Below are positions 58,677 to 64,000 of a DNA stretch of 64,000 nt, in pieces (positions within the stretch are counted from its first letter, which is position 1; each line of letters begins with the position of its first letter). The translations under genes and the position numbers were made by a program. The notes beneath the pieces were generated by a model that was given only the letters and a program-made list of their open reading frames with translations, ran no database searches and had not been told where the DNA came from. Location: positions 96,001 through 160,000 of the forward strand of contig JBGARZ010000016.1 in NCBI GenBank assembly GCA_044229975.1. Direction: 5' to 3'. This DNA comes from Polyangiales bacterium. GTDB lineage: Bacteria > Myxococcota_A > Polyangia > Polyangiales > Ga0077539.

Positions 58677-59450
58677 TCAGACGGAGCGGGCCATGAGGGC
58701 GGCCATGTCCTCGTCTTCGGGGGCGTGGCCGGTGATGAAGTTGTGCACCAGGGGGTTGTTGGAGTTGCGAAACTCCTCGACCGATCCGCTGGCCACGATC
58801 TGGCCCTTGTAGACCATCGCGAGGCGGTTGGAGACCGTGAACGCCGTGCCCATGTCGTGGGTGACCACCACGCTGGTGACGCTGAGGGCGGTCTTGAGCG
58901 ATACCACCACGTTGTTGATGCGGGTGGTGTTGATGGGGTCCAAGCCCGTGGTGGGCTCGTCGTAGAGCAGCACCTCGGGGCGCAGCGCGATGGTGCGAGC
59001 GAGGCCGACGCGCTTGCGCATGCCGCCGGAGAGGTCGGCCGGGGCCATGGCCTCGATGCCCGGCAGGCCGACGAGGGAGAGCGCCCAATCGACGCGCTCG
59101 GAGATCTCGTCCTCGGTCATCTTGAAGTGTTCGCGGAGGCCGTAGGCGACGTTTTCGCGCACCGACAGCGAGTCGAAGAGGGCCGCGCCCTGAAACACCA
59201 TCCCGATGCGTTGACGCACCAGCGCGAGCTCGGCGGGCTTGAGACCGAGCACGCTCTTGCCGTCGAAGCGGATGTCGCCCTTGTCGGGGACGAGCAGCCC
59301 GATGAGCATCTTGAGCATCACGCTCTTGCCCACGCCGGAGCCGCCGAGGATCGAGAACGCCTCGCCGCGCTCGATGGACAGGTTGAGCCCCGCGTAGACC
59401 TGCTTGGGTCCGAAGGCCTTGTAGACGTCGTGGAATTCGATCAGCGCCAT
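58677..59450 (-). CDS. mlaF: MlaF/Mkl-type ABC transporter ATP-binding protein
   Basis: GGSGVGKS, FQGAALFDSL, LSGGMRKRVGLAR, YDEPTTGLDP. Confidence 0.92.
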   Translation of the reverse strand: MALIEFHDVYKAFGPKQVYAGLNLSIERGEAFSILGGSGVGKSVMLKMLIGLLVPDKGDIRFDGKSVLGLKPAELALVRQRIGMVFQGAALFDSLSVRENVAYGLREHFKMTEDEISERVDWALSLVGLPGIEAMAPADLSGGMRKRVGLARTIALRPEVLLYDEPTTGLDPINTTRINNVVVSLKTALSVTSVVVTHDMGTAFTVSNRLAMVYKGQIVASGSVEEFRNSNNPLVHNFITGHAPEDEDMAALMARSV

Positions 59451-59514
59451 CGTCGAGCGGCGGTACGGTGCACCGCACGGCCTCCGTTGGCAACGCCCGT
59501 CGGCGCGGGGCCGG

Positions 59515-59943
59515 TCACGGGTCGCTCGCCGCTGCGTCGCGGCGGGATTCGATGTGCTGCCCCGCCTGCCTGGCCATGGCGCTGTAGCGCGCGTGGATGT
59601 CCGCGAGGGCCGCGTCGTCGAGCTCGTCGAGGTTGAGCATGGCGTTGTCGGCGTCGCTGACGGCGCGGATGAGCTCGTCGAGCTTGAGGTGCATCGCCTC
59701 GCTGTCGCGGTTCTGGGTGTTCTGGATGAGGAACACCATCAAGAACGTGATGATCGTGGTGCTGGTGTTGATGACGAGCTGCCAGGTGTCGCTGAAGTGG
59801 AAGAGCGGCCCGGTGAGGGCCCACACCACGATGACGAGGCTGGCGAGCGCGAAGGTGGTGGGCTTCCCCGCGAGCTGGGAGGTGTGCCGCGCGAAGACGG
59901 TGAAGCGGGAGATCTTGCGCGGTGCTTTCGGGGGGTCGGCCAT
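59515..59943 (-). CDS. Low-affinity iron permease (Fet4-like) family small membrane protein
   Basis: FSDTWQLVINTSTTIITFLMVFLIQNTQNRD...HLKLDELI signature. Confidence 0.9.
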   Translation of the reverse strand: MADPPKAPRKISRFTVFARHTSQLAGKPTTFALASLVIVVWALTGPLFHFSDTWQLVINTSTTIITFLMVFLIQNTQNRDSEAMHLKLDELIRAVSDADNAMLNLDELDDAALADIHARYSAMARQAGQHIESRRDAAASDP

Positions 59944-59959
59944 GCGGCGAGGATAGCGG

Positions 59960-60526
59960 CTACTTCTTCCCGTAGGTGGCGAGCAGCGTGGCCATGTCCT
60001 CGGCGTGTTCTTCCTCCTTGGCGAGGATGCCTTCGAGCATGCGTCGGGTGGTCGGGTCGGTGTCGCCGAGGAAGCGGATGACCTCGCTGTACGACTCGAT
60101 GGCGACGCGCTCGGCGACGAGGTCTTCGCGGATCATGTCGGTGAGGCTCTTGCCCTCGACGTACTCCGAGTGCGAGCGCATCAGCATGCCTTCGGGGCTG
60201 AAGTTGGGCTCGCCGTTGAGCTGCGTGATGCGGCGCGCGATCTCGTCGGCGTGGCCCTGCTCCTCGTTGGCGTGCTCGAGAAACTCGTCGGCGACGGCGC
60301 CCGCTTCGAGCCCGGAGGCCATGAAGTAGTGGCGCTTGTAGCGCAGCACGCAGACCAGCTCGGTGGCGAGCGCGACGTTGAGGAGCTTGATGACCTCCTC
60401 GCGATCGGCGCGATAGTTCTCGACGACGGCGCCGCGCTCGATGTGCTGGCGGGCGCGTCGACGAAGCTCCTTCACGTCGGTGAGAAACGGGTTCGCGTTG
60501 CTCGGGGTATTGGCTTGTTGGCTCAT
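59960..60526 (-). CDS. Bacterioferritin/DpsL-like ferritin-fold protein
   Basis: ALATELVCVLRYKRH, EEQGHAD, DLVAERVAIESY, EEEHAED (di-iron ligands). Start ATG 60526. Confidence 0.9.
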   Translation of the reverse strand: MSQQANTPSNANPFLTDVKELRRRARQHIERGAVVENYRADREEVIKLLNVALATELVCVLRYKRHYFMASGLEAGAVADEFLEHANEEQGHADEIARRITQLNGEPNFSPEGMLMRSHSEYVEGKSLTDMIREDLVAERVAIESYSEVIRFLGDTDPTTRRMLEGILAKEEEHAEDMATLLATYGKK

Positions 60527-60537
60527 ACGGGGAGGCA

Positions 60538-60554
60538 TTGCGAGGGGCGTTCCA
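60538..60554 (-). promoter_or_regulatory. Putative sigma54 promoter of the ferritin-like gene
   Basis: Minus strand tGGaacgcccctcGCaa (GG-N10-GC); would give an almost leaderless transcript. Confidence 0.45.
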
Positions 60555-60675
60555 GGCGGGACGGAAGGCGGTTGTGAGCAGACGGGGTGCGAAGCGACGC
60601 CACGCGCGGCGCAGGAGGCCGTGGCGGTGCGCCTCACCTGTGGCGTGTCGGCGAGGTGGAGTACCGTCGCGGGCA

Positions 60676-61128
60676 ATGCCGGAGCCGACGACGACGGTGG
60701 CGCAGGTGGTGTCGGCGCTGTGGGAGCTGCCGCAGAGCTCGCTGGGCTTCGCGCTGTGGATGGCGGCGCGAGCGACGGGCCGGGTGAGGGGAGAGGAGCG
60801 CGAGCACGGCAGGAGGTTCGTGGAGGTTCCGGGGATGGCGGTGTCGCTGGGGCACTTCGTGTTCTGGAGCAGCGAGAGCACCCGCTGGCACCACAACGAC
60901 GCGGAGACGCGGGCGCACGAGTGGGGGCACACGTTTCAATCGCGCGTGCTGGGGCCGCTGTATCTGCCGCTGGTGGGGGTTCCGTCGAGCGCGCGGGCGC
61001 TGTACGCGGTGGCGTATCGGGAGGTCACCGGGCGGCGGTGGCGGGGGTACTTCGACGGGTACCCGGAGGTGCAGGCCGACCGCTACGGCGGGGTCGACCG
61101 CGCGGCTCGCGCGGCGCGCTGGGGGTAG
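60676..61128 (+). CDS. Small HExxH-motif (zincin-like) hypothetical protein
   Basis: LWELPQ..LG, AVSLG, AHEWGHTFQS..LGPLYLP..G.PS, E..AD. Confidence 0.75.
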   Translation: MPEPTTTVAQVVSALWELPQSSLGFALWMAARATGRVRGEEREHGRRFVEVPGMAVSLGHFVFWSSESTRWHHNDAETRAHEWGHTFQSRVLGPLYLPLVGVPSSARALYAVAYREVTGRRWRGYFDGYPEVQADRYGGVDRAARAARWG

Positions 61129-61135
61129 ACGCCTC

Positions 61136-61906
61136 CTACAGTGCCCGCCCCTGCGCTCCGTCGACGACCACGCACGCGCCTGTCACCCAGCGCGCCCGCT
61201 GCGAGCATAGAAACGCCACCACGTCGGCGACCTCCTCGGGCGCCCCAAAGCGTCCCATGGGGAGATCATCCCGCTTCATCTTCTCGATGCGCGCCGGGTC
61301 GTCCTTCGCCCGCCGGTCCCACGACCCGCCCGGGAACATCACCGACCCCGGCGCCACGCTGTTCACCCGGATGCCATGCTTCGCGAGGCTCACGGCCATC
61401 TCCTTGGTCGTCGCGATCACCGCCGCCTTCGCCGCCATGTACGGCGACGTCGAGCAGAACTCCCGCCCGCAGATCGACGACACGTTCACGATCGCCCCGC
61501 CGCCGTGCTCGTGCATCCAACCGACGGCCGCCTGCGAGCACCACACCGTCGCCATGAGGTTCAAGTCCATCACCTCGCGCCACTGCGCCGCGGTGGCCTT
61601 CTCGAAGCTCCCCGACCCGAGGCTCCCGCCCGCGTTGTTCACCAGCACGTCGACGCCGCCCATCGTCTCGATGGCCTCACCCACCGCGTGCTGCGCGCCC
61701 GCCTCCGTCGACACGTCCGCCACGATCGCGTGCGCCTCGGCGCCTGCCGCCCGCAGCGCCGCCACCGTCGCCCGCAGCGTCTCTTCGCCGCGCGCCACCA
61801 GCGCCAGCCGCGCGCCCTCCCGCGCCAGCGCCTCCGCGATCGCCCGCCCGATGCCGCGGCTCGCGCCGATGATGAGCGCCCGCTTGCCCGTGAGTTCGAG
61901 GTCCAT
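61136..61906 (-). CDS. Short-chain dehydrogenase/reductase
   Basis: GASRGIG, NNAG, YMAAK, VNSVAPG, VDG. Confidence 0.93.
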   Translation of the reverse strand: MDLELTGKRALIIGASRGIGRAIAEALAREGARLALVARGEETLRATVAALRAAGAEAHAIVADVSTEAGAQHAVGEAIETMGGVDVLVNNAGGSLGSGSFEKATAAQWREVMDLNLMATVWCSQAAVGWMHEHGGGAIVNVSSICGREFCSTSPYMAAKAAVIATTKEMAVSLAKHGIRVNSVAPGSVMFPGGSWDRRAKDDPARIEKMKRDDLPMGRFGAPEEVADVVAFLCSQRARWVTGACVVVDGAQGRAL

Positions 61907-61959
61907 GATGGCGATGGGTCTACCACCACCGCGATCACCACCGGAGTACCCTCGCGCGT

Positions 61960-64000
61960 ATGTCGCGCCAACTCTCCCTCGCGCTCGCCGCGCTGTTCGT
62001 CGCGCTCCTCTTCACACCTGCCGCCCACGCCCAGGCGCCCGCCGCCGCGCCCGGCTCGTGGGCCTCGCAGCTCGACGAGCTCACCCGCTGGGTCGAGACC
62101 CACCGCGGACCCGAAGCGTGCACCGAGCGCTGCTTCGCGCTCACCCGCGTGCGCATCACCGGCTCGCTCGAACCAGGTCCCCTCCAGTTCGAGCTCGAAG
62201 GCGCCGTGCTCGCCCCCGGTACCGTCACCATCCCCCTCTTCGGTCCGCCCGGCCGCGTGCGCCTCGACAACGTCACCCAGGATGGCACACCCGCCGCCGT
62301 CAGCTTCGACGATGAGGCGTACTTCGTCCGCACCGCCGCGCGCCGCTTCGTCATCCGCGGCTCGCTCGCCCTTCTCGACGAGCTCGCCCTCACCATCCCC
62401 GGCCCCCTCAACCTCCTCGACGCCGAGGTCACCGGCGCCCGCGTCGTCGAGGGCGCCCACCTCGCGGGCCTCTCCAACGCCACCCTGCACTTCGACCGCG
62501 GCGTCCCCGCAGCGCCCACCGCTGGACCGACGGTCTACCAGCGCTCCCACGCCGTCCGCGTCGGTCGCGAGATCGGCTTCACCGACCGCGTCGTCCTCCA
62601 GTCCGGAACCGACCTCGGCGTCGTCAGCCTCCCGCTGCGCAACGGCGAGCGCGTGCTCGACGTCAACGGCGCCGTCGGCTGGCGCCAGGAGGGCACGGCC
62701 CTGTTGCTCCCCACCGTCGGTCGCTCGGCCGATGTCACCATCACCGGGACGCTCCCCTCCGTCGGGAGCTTCGAGCCCGACCCGCGCTCGGAGTACGAGT
62801 GGTGGCTGCTTGAGTCCGACGCCGAGCACCGCCTCACCGTCACCGGCGACGCCCGGCAGATCGACGCCGCCGAGTCGCCCATCCCGCGCACCATGGCGGG
62901 CGCGCGGCTCTACCTCGTCGAGCGCGGACACCACCTCGCCGTCGCCGTTGAGACGCTGCACAGCCTCGACGCGCTCGCGGCCGTCGTCCATGCCCACCGC
63001 CGCACGACGGTGCTCACCCGCCGCGGCGACCTCGTCTCCGACGACGCCATCACCTACGAGAACAACGGCATCGATTTCCTCACCCTCGACCCACGGGCCC
63101 GCCCCATCTACCTGGCCACCGACGGGACCGCCGAACGCATCATGCACGCCGACCAGGGCGCTCGTGAGGTGCTGGTCTCGCTGCGCAACGGCCGCCACAA
63201 CGTGCGCGTCCAGACCCTCGGCACCGCGTCCCTTGCGCTCTTCGGTGGCTCCTTCGAGGTGCCGACCCCGACCTACCGTTTGACGGCTAGCCGCGTGACG
63301 GTGGACGTCGGGTTCCCCGCCTTCGTGACGCCGTTGGCGGTGCTCGGAGGAGACCGCGCGTGGCTCGCCTTCAACCTCGACGACCTGCTCGCGGTGCTCT
63401 TCGCGCTCGGCCTCGGTTGGGCGCTCGAACGCGACGCCGCCCGCCGTGTGCTGCTCGGCGCGGTCATCGCAGGAACGTGGTTCGTGTCAGGTGCACTCTA
63501 CGCGGTGGCGATCCTGGGCGCGGCCGTGTGGGTGCTCCGCGGGCTGATCTTCCGTCGGCGCTCGCTCGCGAGAACCGCGGTGTACTGCGCCGTGGCGGCC
63601 ATCGTCGCGATCGGCGTCGGGAGCATCGTCGCCACCAGCCGCAGCACGCGAGGACCGGTGATGACCAATGTCGCGCCCATCGTCGCGACGGTTCCGCAGG
63701 TGCAGTCGCGGGCGACGCCCGGCACCGAGACTTGCAACAACCTGGACGACGACTGCAACGGGGCGGTCGACGACGGCAACGGTCGCCTCGACAACAACAA
63801 CAATCCCCTCCAGCGCACGGGGCGTGGGCTCCTCAACGCCTACCAGGCGGTCACCGACAGCGCCGCCATGGTGCAGGGCGTGACGCCCGTCGCCATCACC
63901 CTGCCCGCGTACGAGCGGGTGGTGGGCGTCTCGCGCGAGCTCGTCACCCGCGAGCGTCCGTTTCACCCGCACGTGCTCTACGTGACCTCGTGGACCACCG
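61960..64000 (+). CDS. Large exported/membrane hypothetical protein, truncated at window edge
   Basis: Own translation from ATG 61960 (MSRQLSLALAALFVALLFTPAAHAQ, signal peptide). Beta-rich body, several TM segments near 63380-63630, then ETCNNLDDDCNGAVDDG. No stop before 64000. Confidence 0.8.
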   Translation, partial: MSRQLSLALAALFVALLFTPAAHAQAPAAAPGSWASQLDELTRWVETHRGPEACTERCFALTRVRITGSLEPGPLQFELEGAVLAPGTVTIPLFGPPGRVRLDNVTQDGTPAAVSFDDEAYFVRTAARRFVIRGSLALLDELALTIPGPLNLLDAEVTGARVVEGAHLAGLSNATLHFDRGVPAAPTAGPTVYQRSHAVRVGREIGFTDRVVLQSGTDLGVVSLPLRNGERVLDVNGAVGWRQEGTALLLPTVGRSADVTITGTLPSVGSFEPDPRSEYEWWLLESDAEHRLTVTGDARQIDAAESPIPRTMAGARLYLVERGHHLAVAVETLHSLDALAAVVHAHRRTTVLTRRGDLVSDDAITYENNGIDFLTLDPRARPIYLATDGTAERIMHADQGAREVLVSLRNGRHNVRVQTLGTASLALFGGSFEVPTPTYRLTASRVTVDVGFPAFVTPLAVLGGDRAWLAFNLDDLLAVLFALGLGWALERDAARRVLLGAVIAGTWFVSGALYAVAILGAAVWVLRGLIFRRRSLARTAVYCAVAAIVAIGVGSIVATSRSTRGPVMTNVAPIVATVPQVQSRATPGTETCNNLDDDCNGAVDDGNGRLDNNNNPLQRTGRGLLNAYQAVTDSAAMVQGVTPVAITLPAYERVVGVSRELVTRERPFHPHVLYVTSWTT

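Overview
Very GC-rich chromosomal segment (roughly 70-75% by eye). Gene content points to Myxococcota (Polyangia/Sorangiineae-like): eukaryote-like Ser/Thr kinases, a PEGA/TPR protein, an FHA-sigma54 activator, and many Cys-rich, RCC1 and beta-propeller lipoproteins. About 46 protein-coding genes can be supported, two of them truncated by the window edges. Core genes: a split complex I operon (nuoE-F-J-K-L-M-N, without nuoA-D or G-I), AlaX editing protein, MrfA/YprA-type DUF1998 helicase, class I/II aminotransferase, PLP decarboxylase, mlaF-mlaD, a bacterioferritin-like gene plus a Fet4-like permease, an NtrC-type regulator, a GAF-GAF-GGDEF cyclase and an SDR. About 16 genes encode predicted lipoproteins, including a giant Cys-rich/RCC1/PQQ-like/cytochrome c fusion of about 2170 aa. 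No rRNA, tRNA, CRISPR array, integrase, transposase or reverse transcriptase is recognisable. Most notable observations: (1) an Rpn-like PD-(D/E)XK gene bracketed by an 88-bp duplication of the aminotransferase 3' end, with a possible internal start for a small C-terminal protein; (2) back-to-back sigma54 promoters around a palindromic enhancer candidate, next to a kinase-PEGA-FHA/sigma54 triad; (3) an Ig/PKD-like domain fused to the NuoL C-terminus; (4) a TsdA/SoxA-like diheme cytochrome paired with a His-rich YVTN propeller; (5) a structured, repeat-flanked orphan gene at 8.0-9.2 kb; (6) a probable CTG start coupled to an upstream stop codon. All family assignments come from motif recognition by eye, not database searches.
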